From Dudresnaya verticillata (taxonomy: Eukaryota), in assembly GCA_977862235.1 (NCBI GenBank), contig OZ374565.1, positions 1,798,001 through 1,862,000 of the forward strand: a stretch of DNA of 64,000 nt. Direction: 5' to 3'. This document shows positions 49,271 to 61,990 of this stretch, in pieces; the stretch's first letter is position 1; every line of letters starts with the position of its first letter. The notes under the pieces were generated by a model. It saw nothing but the letters and a program-made list of their open reading frames with translations. It made no database searches and was not told the DNA's origin. A program made the translations under genes and the position numbers.

Positions 49271-52200
49271 TCCGAATCTCCTACCACACGGGTGAGTAGC
49301 GACTGGATATCGACGTGCGGGAGTTCTGCGACGTCGAGCTGCGGCGGCGGCCGTGCGCTTTCTATTCCAATAACGGTGTATGAAGTTTTGCGGCAACTCC
49401 TCAGCGGGTTCATACGTATCCTGGTCTGGTGGGTAGCCGTACCAACGCACCTTATAGGTCATGCCAGTGGGCTCTTCACGATGTCCCACGATCTGCTCGA
49501 TGACATACTCCGTGTCGGCATCAATTGTATCCGGCACGGGGGCAGAGATACCGCCTGGCGTTTGGGGCGTTACAGTAATACCACCTGGTGTTTGGGGTAC
49601 AACTGTGGTTCCTCCCGCCTGCTGGGGCACTGTACCGTCCATGTCTGTGTGGCGTAATCGGCGGAGCCAATAGCGGTGCCGGTTGCACGGGAACTCCAAT
49701 TGGTACCTTAGTGATGCGATCGATGCTGATGGGAATCAGAACACCATCCTTCTTGATAGTGACTACAGTATCCGTTGCGGTGTGTACCTCGTAGGGGCCC
49801 GTCGATCTTCGGAGGAGCTTCTTCATTTGCTCCGCAAACTCACCGACGTGGTCAGGGCCTTGACCCAATCGGTCGCGTTCCTTCCGTTCGGTGGGCCGTA
49901 AATTGCGCGGCGGGCGATCTACGTAGACTTGATCGCCACCACGAACCACCGGTCGGAAACGCACCTTTCGGTCGAATAGGGCCTTAGACTTCAACTGGGC
50001 TGTAGTCTGTTTGGTATGCGCCTGCTGTAGGGCATAGCGCAAACGCCGCATGGTTCCCCGTTTTTGCAGTACGGGCGTCATACGCCCCTCCGTAACGGTT
50101 TCTTCCAACTCCACAGGGGTGCCACGCACAATAATATCCGATGGGTGTCGAGTTAACACCAAGTCGAAAGGAGTAGTATCCGTGATCCGGTGTACCTGCA
50201 TATTGTAGGAGTAGGTTAACGGCTGTAGATATAAATCCCAATCGGTGTGGTGATCCTCGACGTAGTGTCGGAGGCGCTGCGCGATGGTTTTGTTAAACCG
50301 CTCGGCTTGCCCGTTGGTTTGCGGGTGGTATGCAGCGGTCAGCAAATGCCGTACTCCGAGTAGGGCACAGACAGCGTCGAAGAACTTCGCCGTGAACTGT
50401 CTTCCATTGTCGGTGAGTACAAATTTAGGTGCGCCATACGCATACACCCAATGGTCTAAAAATGCGTTCGCCACCACGACGGCTGTAATCGTCCGTAACG
50501 GAATGCACCGTGTTAGCTTAGAAAACCGATCGGTGATGACCAGTACAAAGACATATCCCCGTTTGGTTTTCGGCAGCGGGCCCAGTATGTCCGTAGCGAC
50601 AACCTCCAGTGGGCCACTCGCGGGAAATAGCTTCATGAACTTCTGATGCTTGAAACGCGTGCCCTTGGTTTTGAAACATGAGCGGCAACTCCGAACGGTC
50701 TCGAATACATCGTTAGCCATATGTGGCCAATAGTAGTCTCTCCGTAAGGTGTAGTACATCTTAATTCCACCAGGGTGTCCTGACATGAGGGTGTAGTGGG
50801 CAAGATACAGGACCCTGCCGCGCATCTGTTGCGGTACCACCTTTTGGAGTGCGCCGTCGAGGGCAGACTTGCGCACAAGAAACCCATGTCGGTCGTAGTC
50901 AAATTATGATCCGGGGGATCCCACCGATTCGGCTTTAAGCTTGCAGAAAGTATCTGTTGCTCGCGCGGATATGAACTCCTCACGGGTGAGGGTCTCATTG
51001 CGCATATCCTCCTGTTGGATGACCGTTTGCCGGAGTGGAGTGGATGGTACTGTCTCCTTTTCAGGCGTATTATCCGTTTCGGTGTCTCCACTTTCAACGC
51101 CTAGGACAAGGCTGCTTGCGGCATCAGGCTGCTGGGTCTGTTTCCAATTGGTTAGTCGCACACCATGTTGCAGTACACCATTAGGAGTCGATTCCATAAC
51201 GAAGCAAGGCACTTCATCATCCAATTCAGCTTTGTCAGCACCACCTGTTCGGAGTCTTGACATACCGTCTGCGAGTTGGTGCTTGATACCAGGGCGGTAT
51301 TGTACTTCGAACTCAAATTCCGATAGGCGTAGGCGCCATCTTGCTAAGCGTCCAGACGCATCGGCTAGACTCAATATCCAGCGCAATGCATCGTGATCCG
51401 TACGGAGTATAAACTTTTCACCGTAAAGGTAAGGGCCTAGCGTTAGCATACTCCAAACGACAGCAAGGCACTCCTTTTCAGTGGTTGTGTAATTCTTCTC
51501 CGCATCGGTTAGACTTCGGCTCCAGTAACCCACTGGTAGATTATCTCCACTAGGTTGCTCCTGGAGAAGGACACACCCAACTTGGTAATCACAAGCGTCG
51601 ATATCCAATGTATACTTGAAACCATGGCGGGGTAAAGCCAATATTGGAGGAGAGATTAGGTGTCTCTTTAACTCCTCAAAGGCGTTAAACTCCGTTTCGG
51701 TGAGAGTTCCAAACTCGAATACCAGACCCTTGCCCGTTTTCTTATTGAGTGGCGAAGCAATGCGTGCGAAATTAGGAACGAAGCGTCGATAGACGTTACA
51801 TAATCCTAGAAAAGAGCGCAACTCCGTTTGGTTTGTAGGTGGCTTAGCCTCCTTAACGGCGAGAATATTCTTCCGTTCTACTTCCAGTTGGCCCGGGCGC
51901 ACTATGTGGCCCAGATACTGTACGGAAGTGTCGAAGAAGGCACACTTCGATAATTTCAGAGTTACACCTGCGGAACGGAGTAGCGTGAGGACCTCAAGGT
52001 GTTCGAAGTGCTCCGTGACGGTGTTAGAATATACAATCACATCATCCAGGTAGACTAAGGCAAATTGCCATTTCACCGTAGCTAGGATGATGTCAACCGC
52101 CCGTTGGAAAGTAGCGGGTGCGTTCTTGAGCCCAAAAGGCATTCTCCGGAAGCGGTATAATCCATAATGACTGTAGTTTTGTCACGCTCCTCCTCGGGGA

Positions 52201-53667
52201 TCTCTACTTGCCAGTAGCCACTATTACAATCCAGAGTGGTGAATACTGTAGCTTCTCCAAGGGAGTCGATACATTCATCCATCCGGGGTAAAGGGTATGA
52301 ATCCCGAACGGTGACAGCGTTAAGACGTCGATAATCGACACAAAACCGCATGGAGCCGTCCTTTTTAGGAACGAAGACCACAGGGCTGGCCCACTCCGAA
52401 GCGGATGGTTCGATCACCTTAGCGGACAACATGCGATCCACTTCTGCCTTCTCCAGCTCGCGCTGTTTATGTCCTGCCCGATATGGCGCTTGATACACCG
52501 GTTTGGCACCAGGCACTAATTCAATACGGTGTTTCGCGGCAGTTATATTTCCTAACTCGCCGTTCCACATAGTGCTGAACTCCTCGAGGAGTGTAACCAC
52601 CTTAGCGCGGAGTTTTTCATCCTTGGCACCAATATGGATGTTATCTTTCCAATCGGTGTCAGGGGTTGTAGTTGATTCCGATACGGTGTTTCCTTTGAAT
52701 CCATCTTGGGGTGTAGCCTTGCTGCTTTCATTAGGAGGAGTAGGAAAGGAATTAATATTTCCTCCCCCCTCCTTAAATGGAGGTACACCGTTAACGGTGA
52801 ATATGGCAGAGGGAGCAGCAGTAGCGAGGCCCAGGACGGTAGACTTGGGTAACCGCACCGGTTTGGGGGGAAAATTAGTCAGCCACACCTTAAAGGGCTT
52901 GTTAGGGATTATATCCATAACTCCGTTGCCATAAGGGTGAGGTGCTTATGGATGGGTTTGGGATGGTTTTGAAGAAAACACAAACCACCGGTAGGAGTGG
53001 TGATCAATGCAAGGGATTGGGTCATAGGGGGGATAATAAGGGATTTTGCTAGTCGGAGCTTCTGCGATACCGAAGCGGATGACACAGGGGGGCCCTGAAG
53101 AGTTGAAGCAGCCACCGTGTTGGAGTGTTTGGTTTGTCCCATTAGAGAAACCGGAGAATGGTGATGAAACACAACTTTCCGTGCCGGTGGGAGGATCGCC
53201 TTGACATGGCGATCAATGAAGCTGGTTCCCAGAATACACGGAGCAGCGACGTTCGCGACCACCAGGAAGTGGACTCGAGTACGCAATTCTCCGATACGGA
53301 CAAAACGTTGAATGACACCAAGCGGGCGTATCGACCTATTGGACGCATCCCGTAAAGGTGGACTGGCAGCGGGGCGAATCAATGACAACCAGTGGCGTGG
53401 AAGCCGTCTGGCGTTAATGAGATTTGGCCCAGCACCAGAATCCAATACGGTGATGAGAGGTAACATGAGATCGTTACTCCTTCCCACGGTAATCTGGATT
53501 TTATAATTCTGCCGCTGTAGAACACAGACAGAATCACCGGGTGGTGGAAATGCAAGGGGGATTTCTGGAACAAAATCAAGGGGGTACTCCGTAATGGTGG
53601 CGGACTGACAGTCCGGCAAAGCCCGTATTGGTGGGCGTACCACGTCGCATTCAGGAGACGGGGACAC
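49172..53667 (-). pseudogene. Gypsy C pol: PR-RT-RNaseH-integrase-chromodomain with frameshifts
   Basis: LDSGAG, RFCVDYRRLN, VYLDD, DACDYQVG, GHPG..CRSC, YHPQTNGQAER, EYVIEQIVGH..YKVRWYGY..DTYEP. Confidence 0.95.
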
Positions 53668-53669
53668 CC

Positions 53670-56254
53670 TTACACGTCTCCTGCGACGTTTTCCGAGTCG
53701 GGGTGCGCCATGAGTGCCTCCTCCACCATTTCAGCTGGGGGCTCGCCAACCGCACCACCATCGACAGTCAGCACCCGCGCTGGGCGTTGGTAGTTGCCCG
53801 GTGGGCGATTTCCCATATTGGAGTTGGCGAAGGCCTGCCGCTTGAGGAGTAGCGCCTGATAGTTGCGCTCGCGCTCTTCCATCAGGGGACCCCTTTCGGT
53901 GTCGCTCAAGTACGGACAAATTACATGGTCCGGAGAGAGGCACAAGCGGCAGTAGCCGCTTCCATAGAGGCGTCGGACATCCGGTGAGGTGTGATCCGAA
54001 TGCTCTGCAGCAGGAGATTGTTTTCCAATGCGGTGTTCACCCTGTCCTTGACGGGGAGGCGTGTTGCCGTGGGGGTGACCAATATGGCTGGGATGCTGCC
54101 CGTTGGTTCCGTGACGGTGTGTAGCGGGGCCGTAGCGGCTATCCGCCGGTCCGTAGCGGGGTTGCCGGGGTAGTAGCATCCGTGGCGCTGGTGGGCGAAG
54201 GTTGGCAGTCCGAGGCGGAGTAGGGTAGACACTACTCGGTGGGGAAGAGTACGCAGTAGTAAACGTAACCCCCGACGAGGTGCCAGCGCTTCGACCAGCG
54301 CCACCTTCCAGAGCGAGCACGTGCTCCTCCGATTCAGCGGGATACTCCGAGTAGGTGTAATCCGATGGGGAACCAATTGACAGAACGCCGGAACGGCGTG
54401 ACTGACTCTTAGGTTTTCCGTCGAAGACGTGCACCGCTGAGGTTTGGTGTCTGGTCGCCCGATGAGATTCTCCAAGCCCTTTAGCGTAGCGGGTGATCGC
54501 TTGGTAATCCATATAGGGGTGTGTCGCCAGATAATTTCGCATCTGCTGACACGTTCCCGGTAGGAGTCCTTCCACAAACAGCGACTTGAGGGACCTGTCG
54601 GAGAATACTGTACTGCATCGGAGTGCCTTAATCCAAAGTTGTTTGGAGAATTGCTCTTCCGTTAAGGCCGACGTTTGTCGAAACGACGTTACGTCCGAAT
54701 ACCCTTCGACAATCACCTCATCGGTAGCATAAGTCCTTAGCAAAAAGTTCACCACTTCGGAGTAGGTGCGAAGCATCTCTGCTTGCTCCTCGTCGACCGC
54801 CATGGTGCCACCAGCGAGACGGGCTTGAAGCAAAGCTTCAGCCTGTCCACTTAGGAAAAACTGGAAACACCAAAGCGCGGTTCCTTCCGAAATGGAGTTG
54901 ATGTTACACGCATCCTTGAACTTCGCGAGAAATCCAAGGACCGTGATGGGGTCTGTACCGTTAAAGGAGTGGGACTTCATTTGCACCTCCAGCTTTTTGC
55001 GGATGCGTCCCATATTCTGGGAAAAGCTAGGAGCTGTAGTATGAGCGCTTTTTCTCCAGTCGGTATGTGCGGAAATCCAGCGCCTTCAAGAACCTATCGT
55101 TCAGGGGCCGGATCACCTTTGGGAGTGGCCTTTCGACCTCTCGGTGTTTGGCGTCGTGTTTTCTGGCCCGACGCCGCTCGTCCCTATCCGTATCGGAGTA
55201 GCTCGTATCAGAGCCAGAGGAATGGGAGGATTCATGCCCTTTTCGGCGCCTGTGGTGCGACTTGCGCTTGTTCTTCTTCTTATTTCGGTGTTGGCTATCA
55301 TCAGATTCCGTACCGGAGTGTTCTTTGTCCCGTCGCGAAGCGCGTTTGCTCCGTTGCGAACGGTCACGTTCCTTATCGGAGTGGGAGTCCTTGGCCTTTC
55401 TGTCAGCACTGTCTCTACCACTCCGTTCTTGGTTCTTCTTGGAGTCACCACCGGAGTGCTCACTGCCTCTACGCGAAACCACCGGCACGGTGATACGTTC
55501 CCCCGCAGGCACTTCTGCGGGTCCAGGGACCGTACTCCGATTCGGTTGGGGTTGCTGCGTTGGATCCAATTCGGTGTATTGAGGTTGGGTAGGTAACCCA
55601 GGGGCTGCCGCTATCCTTACCGGATCGGGCGGAAACACCTGAGTGGGGATTCTTGGCATGTACGTCGTTTCTCCCTTGACCGGGAAGTTGTTCCGTATCG
55701 GTGTAGGTCCAGAAAAGGGCTGATCCTTGGGTCCAGGTAGGGGTTGTCTGGGGATGAGCATCCGCTCGATCTCCGACGCCTGACGCTCCTGACGGATGAG
55801 CGTCTGTACCAACTCCGGAAGGTGTTTCTCCAAGTAGGAGCTGACAATTACCGGAACGGTGTCGGCGAGCGTGGTCTCAACCTCCTTGACCATGTTGGGT
55901 TGCACCTCTATACGGAGATGCTCCAACACCCGTGGGATGACTTCCGAAAGTATCCAATGGACACGATTGGAGTCACCTGACTTGGATACACCCTTGCGGG
56001 AAGTGTCGGAACCAGGTCGGGATCTAGCAAGCTTACTAGTTACACCTTTAAGGAGTTCTTCGGGGTTCTCCATACCGGGGTTCAGGTCGGCAGCATCGCC
56101 ACGGAGTTCTCGCGGCTGAAGCTACCTCCGGTTCGGTGGGCTCACTGCGGCGTGTTCTCGCAGTAGAGGGCACCTCCGGGACGGTGTTATCGTCACCGCG
56201 GCGTGATCCCGCGGTTGACGGCACCTCACCTTGATCCGATGCGGTAGGGTCCAT
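53670..56254 (-). pseudogene. Gypsy C gag, interrupted
   Basis: FNGTDPITVLGFL, FVEGL and a basic/Ser-rich tract, parallel to Gypsy B gag. Confidence 0.88.
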
Positions 56255-57097
56255 GTTTTCTTCTATTATTAGGTTACCAAAATGGATTCAACGAGTGTTT
56301 TGCCTTGTACTGCCTTTACACCAATACGGAGTTGTCACGAAGCTGACCTCCTACCGAAGCGGAGTCCAACGGAGATTCTTCTACCTTGACGGTCTTCTAG
56401 GTCGGGAGACCAAAAAGATGTGGTGAAGTGAAAGGCACACCTGTAAGGAAAGCTGATCAGGCAATCCCAATAAGGAGTGGTCTCACACGGCACCGGGGTG
56501 GTAGAGCTTAGTTCCTAGACCGAAGGGAGTACCTCGAGCGGCAACACCTGTAAGGAGTAATGGGACGCAACAGACAAGGGGGACGGTACAGTACCAGGAC
56601 AGCTACACCGGGACGAAGGTAAGAGGAATCCGTGCACGGGGCTGGCGAGGGGAAACCGTAAAGGAGTATGAGGGTAAGGCTTAGGGTAAGTCACTTTGCC
56701 CAGGGTTGCGTACCCGTTTACTGTAGGACTCGCGGTGGCCACCCATTAATATACTGGGAGATACGCCCCGCGGTCCGGTCCGTGTGGGCCAGACCCCAAT
56801 GGGTCTGGTCCACCAGGTGGGTCCGGCCCTACTGGTCCCGGTCACCGTTGCGGACATGCTCGGCATTCTTATTGGCCGGCTGACACTACGTACTGTACAG
56901 CATGATTATAATTACCTAATTACAAAAAATCAACTACTTGACTCCTATTGGTGGTGCGCGCAGACTCCAGCAAGGCGTACAGTGCCACTGTGTCGCTGCA
57001 CTCCGTTCCGGCTTTTGGCGCCAGCTCACCACTGCGCCGGGCGCGGGGCGGCTCAACCGTCGTCGGCACTCCACAACGGCCGCTTCACCACATAAGG

Positions 57098-57578
57098 CAC
57101 ACGAGTCCACGTGTGTGTGTAAGCACCCACACAGGGGGTTGCACGGCAACCTGTCAGGCGCGCGGCTGCATGCGATGGGTGATATGTCAGACGCGCCTCG
57201 GGACGACACGTGTCTCGAGTTCCCGCGCTACGCACACGCACTGCCGCCGCCGCACCGCCGTATTATACTTAGGTAAGCCGTCCCAGACGTAGCAGTAAAC
57301 GCCCGGGCAAGTTGGCCTTGGTCCAGACTTCCCCGTTCCGCACGCGCGTGCCCCAGCGTCTACCTCCCATGATTCCACGTCCCTCACCGTCCTTGACGTC
57401 TTTCCCTTTTGTTTCCTTTTTCCCTCCTTTCCACCTCGGGCGTCTACAGTCCGCCCAAGGCGTGTCCTCTGCTCTACCAAAAGCCGTCCAAGGCGAGCCT
57501 ACTCACCGCCACGGGCGCAGCTACCCACCGAGCCCCGAACTGCTCATCGGTATACCGTCTACAGACGTTTGTACCACA
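57098..57578 (+). repeat. Gypsy B 3' LTR, right part
   Basis: Matches ~32621-33128. Confidence 0.9.
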
Positions 57579-57583
57579 AGAAG

Positions 57584-58310
57584 TGCGTCGCAAGTGGGAC
57601 CTACGGCGCCGACAGTTGACCTGACAGTAGCGGTGACTCCGCGGGACGGTGCGCGTTCATTGGCGGATAACAAGTGGTCTGGCTTGGGTCCGGGGGGCAA
57701 GCGGAGAGTCACACGTGGCGGGTGCCGGATGCCATCGCAGCCTGCAATCTCTGAGATACCAAGGTCAGTCGAACGGAGCATGTCGAGATCACGGGCACCC
57801 ATCGGGAGCGCGCCTGTATCTGCGACGGCGGTTGGGGAATGGGGTGTGGGCCATGTGGCATGCTTGGGTGGTGAGACACTCGGTACAGTGCCACTCGACG
57901 GAGTTGGGATGACGTAGGGATGCGACGAAGACGTGGTGGGAGCGCGCAGAGGGCGTTCTGCGCCGTGCGGTCCGACAGTGGTTCCAATTAGGGAGACTGC
58001 CCAGTGTGCCGCGTCTGCCTTGGTCTTAGGGCCGCTGGGATACTCCTTACAGGTGGTGGCACTGCTGGAAGCCGGCACGGTAGCGACGGAGGTGAGAGAG
58101 GCGCCGGCGGCGGCGGTGGTTGAGGTGGCGGTGGCGGTATTGCAGACGGCGGTGGGTGGGAAGGGAGGTGCACCTAGGTTGGTGACGGTCTTGGGGTGCA
58201 AACAGCCAGTATGGAGAAGCTTGCGAGGGTGCGGTGGTGGTATATGCAGTAGTGCGCGGCGATGGCCGCCCCGGCGGGGTAGCCGCTTGTTGAGCAGGTT
58301 TGGTAGCGGC
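57584..58310 (-). mobile_element. 5' part of LINE copy 2 (5' end and ORF1 start)
   Basis: ...GPTCDALL joins LLESGGKSV at 32223 across the AGAAG TSD; bounded by the ATTGTG TSD. Confidence 0.75.
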
Positions 58311-58316
58311 ATTGTG

Positions 58317-61300
58317 CGAACTACTGATGCTGCTGTGATCTATATTGTGGCTGCAGCATGTGACTTGGAGTATCTGAAACCAGCATATATATTGTTTTCA
58401 GCGCTTGTGCAACGCACTGATAACTTCACTGTTCCACGCCTCGTCTTTCTCGAAATCCTCGACCTTCACTCTACTCTTTCCAATGTTGATTTTGTTATGC
58501 CAGTATTTTTACACTTTCGTTCTGATATTCTTCGACTTGAGTCAAATTCTATCGGTTGGCGCCCTGCAAAATACTTCGCTACTGCTTGACGTATTGAGTT
58601 CAAACTTCTCGCTACATGTCTAGAGAACCTTGGCTGCGATCAAGATACTTTAGCTCTTCCCCTGCGTCCTTTTCACATACAGATGTTGGTTGAAAACGTC
58701 GAAACGTTCAACCCTAGCTATCAATTCCGGACGCTGATAGCTTTATACCGGTACTGCTCTCTCGTAGACCTACTGTCCTTGCACAGGTCGCTCCTGTTTC
58801 TAGTCCTGCTATGCCCGCTTCTCCTGGTGTCGTCATGGACCCTGCTCAGTATTGACTCCACTGTGTTCAATTCCTTCCTCTTCTGCTTCCCACACATCGC
58901 CTCGCCCTACTGTTGCTTCTTGTGCTCAGTTCCATCCCTGTCTACATCCCGATACCCTCTTTCAATGCGCTATCCCATCTGTCAAGTTTATTCCGAATTG
59001 CTTGAAGGCTGATTGGGATGCCCTCCTCTACCACGTCTTTTCATCCTATCACTCCGCACCAGCTTCTGAACAAGAAGAACGCCTCTGCCATATTCGCTCT
59101 GGGAAAACTAGTTGTCCGTCGCAATGGTCATGGTGAGCCCAGAAAATCGCGCGCCACACTTCCTTAGCCCGATATCTACGGGAACGTATTCATCTCGCAC
59201 TGCACGGGGACTGGCACTCTCTTTGGGAGATAGCTGTTTCTGCTTTTCCTTCTCTACCAACTCGGGAACACCGTTCAACAGCTGATCCCATGCATAAATG
59301 TCGGCAGCTCATGTCTGCGGGTGCTGTTGGAAAAGCTTCTGCTGCCCTAAGCAGTACTGCCAATTGAGATCCGTTCTCCCCGCAATGGCTACTGATACTA
59401 CAAGAACTCCATCCTCCGTTACCCCCCGCCGTTCATAATCCTACTGATTCCTGTCTGTCGGCGTCATATAATTTGGCTGAATCGGAAGTTCGACGAGCGT
59501 TCCGGTCCATGTCTATTCATACCGCACCAGGCCCTCCAGGCCCTGATGGCCTTCGTTCTTCCCATCTTCAATTAGTTGGGCACACGCCTGGTGGGTCTGA
59601 ACCTGGACGTTCCTTTCTTCGCGTATTTTACATATTTGTGCATAATTGTGCTTCTGGTAGCCTTCCGAATTCTATGCGGAACTGGTTTAGTGCTGTAACG
59701 CTGCTTGGTATGCCTAAGCCTTCCTCTGGTATTCTTCGCCCTCTTTCTGTCGGTTGTATTGTTCGTCGATTCATTGTCGACTCTTGACCCGGCGTGCCTC
59801 TACTAATACGGCCGTGGTTAAATATATACAACCCACGCAATTGGCTGTTGCCTCTCACTCTGGTACGGAGAGTATTATTCACGGTCTGCGTACATTTATT
59901 GAGTCGCATCAGGATTCTCCACTTGTGCTGCTGCGTATAGATTCCCGTAATGCAATTAAGCGCATATACCGTGCTCATATCTTACAGAAGGATCATCGGC
60001 ATGTTCTTGGCATTATCAAGCTCTTCCAATACCTATATGGCAGTACCCCTAATCTTCTATTTGGAGCTTTTGTCTTGCCTAGGCGCACAGGTACACAACA
60101 AGATGACACTTTAAGCATGCTACTTCTCTGTATTGCTCCACACCCTCTACTGAACTCCACTCGATCTAATGTTCCCTCTATCCGTTTTCTGGCCGCTTAC
60201 GCAGACGATTTGTACATCATTGTACCTCATGCCGATGCTGCTGCTGTTTTGAAATGGTTGGGAGAGCACAGTCCTCGGTATGTTTTTAATCTCCAGTATG
60301 GTCCTCGAAAGAGTACTGGTTGGTGGCCTACTCTACCCGTCTTCGTCGTTCTTCTCTTTTTGATCTACCATATTCCGTCGACCGCTCTCCTGCCATTGAG
60401 GTACTAGGTGCACCAATAGGAACCGATGTTGTTTGCAGGGAACGTCTTCGTGCTAAACATACTTCTGTTCAAGATATCTGGGCTCGTCTGAAGCTACTTA
60501 TCGACTCCAGCTGGTTTTCCACATTCTACGGCACTGTGCTGGTGTGCGTCGTGTCACATATCTACTATGCACAACTCCTTCGCACTTACCCGCCTCCCTT
60601 GTCTCAGTACATGACTCGGGTTTGCGAAGTGTATTAGAGCGCACACATTTTCACTTAGCAATGCTTGCTGGCAGACTGCCACCCTTCCCCTCCAGAGTGG
60701 TGGTTTAGGTGTCAAGTTAGCATCTTCTCTCGCTGATATCAGTTATGTCAGTTCTGTGGGCAGCTCTCTCCCCCTAATTCGAGGTCTCTTCGCATCTACT
60801 AAATTCCCTGTCGAGAAAGTTCTTCACACCCCACTACAGCTTCTCCGAGCTGTCCTTCCCGATAGTTCTGGATTTATGTTCACGCTTACTTCCTTCCTAT
60901 AATTCTTGGTATCACGTTCTACCGATTGTGCCTGCTCTCTTCAGTTCAATTGGTTTGCTCCCATCCTGGCTCATATGGTTCGGCAGAATACCCCAACTGG
61001 TGTTTCTGCAGAGTCTATTCGATGTCTTCTACGTCTACAGTCCACGGCTACATCTAATTCATGTCTTCCGTTCACTTCCCTACCTTACTCTTCATCTATT
61101 TCCCGTGCTCAACCTGAAGATTGGGTTACAATGATCAAGCTACGTCTTGGAAATCCTATCTTTGCTGTCGATGACATCTGTCACCGTTATGCAGATGGTA
61201 CTACTCGTCCTGTGCCAATTCTTGACACCTATGGGCATCATGCTGCTATCTGCCGCCCCCGTGATGGATCCATTCGCCTTCATAACCTTCCTCGAGATCG

Positions 61301-61990
61301 GCTGGCGTCATTCTTTAAAAACATTGCGCGTCAGAATGGGGTGGGGTTACAGTGGCAATTGAGCACCGCTTTGATTATGCTAGCGAATATGGCAATGGAA
61401 AGCCAGTGCATGCATCCAATCGAACTTCGCTTGAATGTGCTCGTGATGATCGGCACTTTGCTCGTTTACATTCTGGAGAGTTTCTTTCTCGACGTAAAGA
61501 TATCCGCATGGATTTATATGTCGATGAAGCTGGCTTTGCACCTCGTCCACAAGGTTTCGATGTCTCCGTTATCAGTCCTCATTCTCTTCACCGTACTACT
61601 GGTACAGTGCCCGGTCAAGCTATAGCTCAACGTGAACGGGTCAAGCTTTCGCATTATCGGCCTGTGCGTGGAAGCCTAGGTATGGATTTTCATGCTATGG
61701 TTATTGATGTATACTGCCGTATTGGGGTCGGTTTTGACAGCGGTATTCACCATATCGCTGATTACATTGCTGTCAATGGGAGCTCCCCGATCGCTGGGAA
61801 GCTTGCTCCCTTAATGTCTCCTACTACGCTCATTCTTCAATGTGTTGCAGTTAGCGTGAATCACCGCAAACTCTCCCATCCTCCTGCAATGTGTCCTGGG
61901 ATTCAGACCCTTTCCCAGCTTTCTTTTTAGATTAAAATAAAGTTTGTGCCCACATCAGGATTCTTTCTAGATCAAAACAAAGGTTGTACC
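58317..61990 (+). mobile_element. CRE-clade-like non-LTR retrotransposon: RT plus restriction-like endonuclease, degenerate
   Basis: GPDGLR, LRPLSVG, QLAV..GTESIIH, GTQQDDTLS, YADD, LGAPIG, GHHAAIC..RLHN..RD, RMDL..FDVSV..ERVKLSHY. Confidence 0.88.

Larger units (their letters stand above)
45342..57092 (-). mobile_element. Gypsy C full-length LTR retrotransposon with chromodomain, youngest insertion
   Basis: 674-bp LTRs at 45342-46015 and 56419-57092 (about 4 substitutions by eye). TSD TAAGG at 45337-41 and 57093-97. PBS TGGTCTCCCGACC at ~56400-56412; PPT at ~46018-46026. Confidence 0.96.
32224..57578 (+). mobile_element. Gypsy B LTR retrotransposon with chromodomain; 3' LTR split by Gypsy C
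   Basis: TGTGGTGC...TGTACCACA. TSD AGAAG at 32219-23 and 57579-83. PBS TGGTCTTCCGACC at 33131; PPT at 44926-34. Confidence 0.93.

Noticed and set aside
58405..59012. Hydrophobic ORFs as membrane proteins
   Set aside because: Off-frame readings of the T/C-rich degenerate CRE element.
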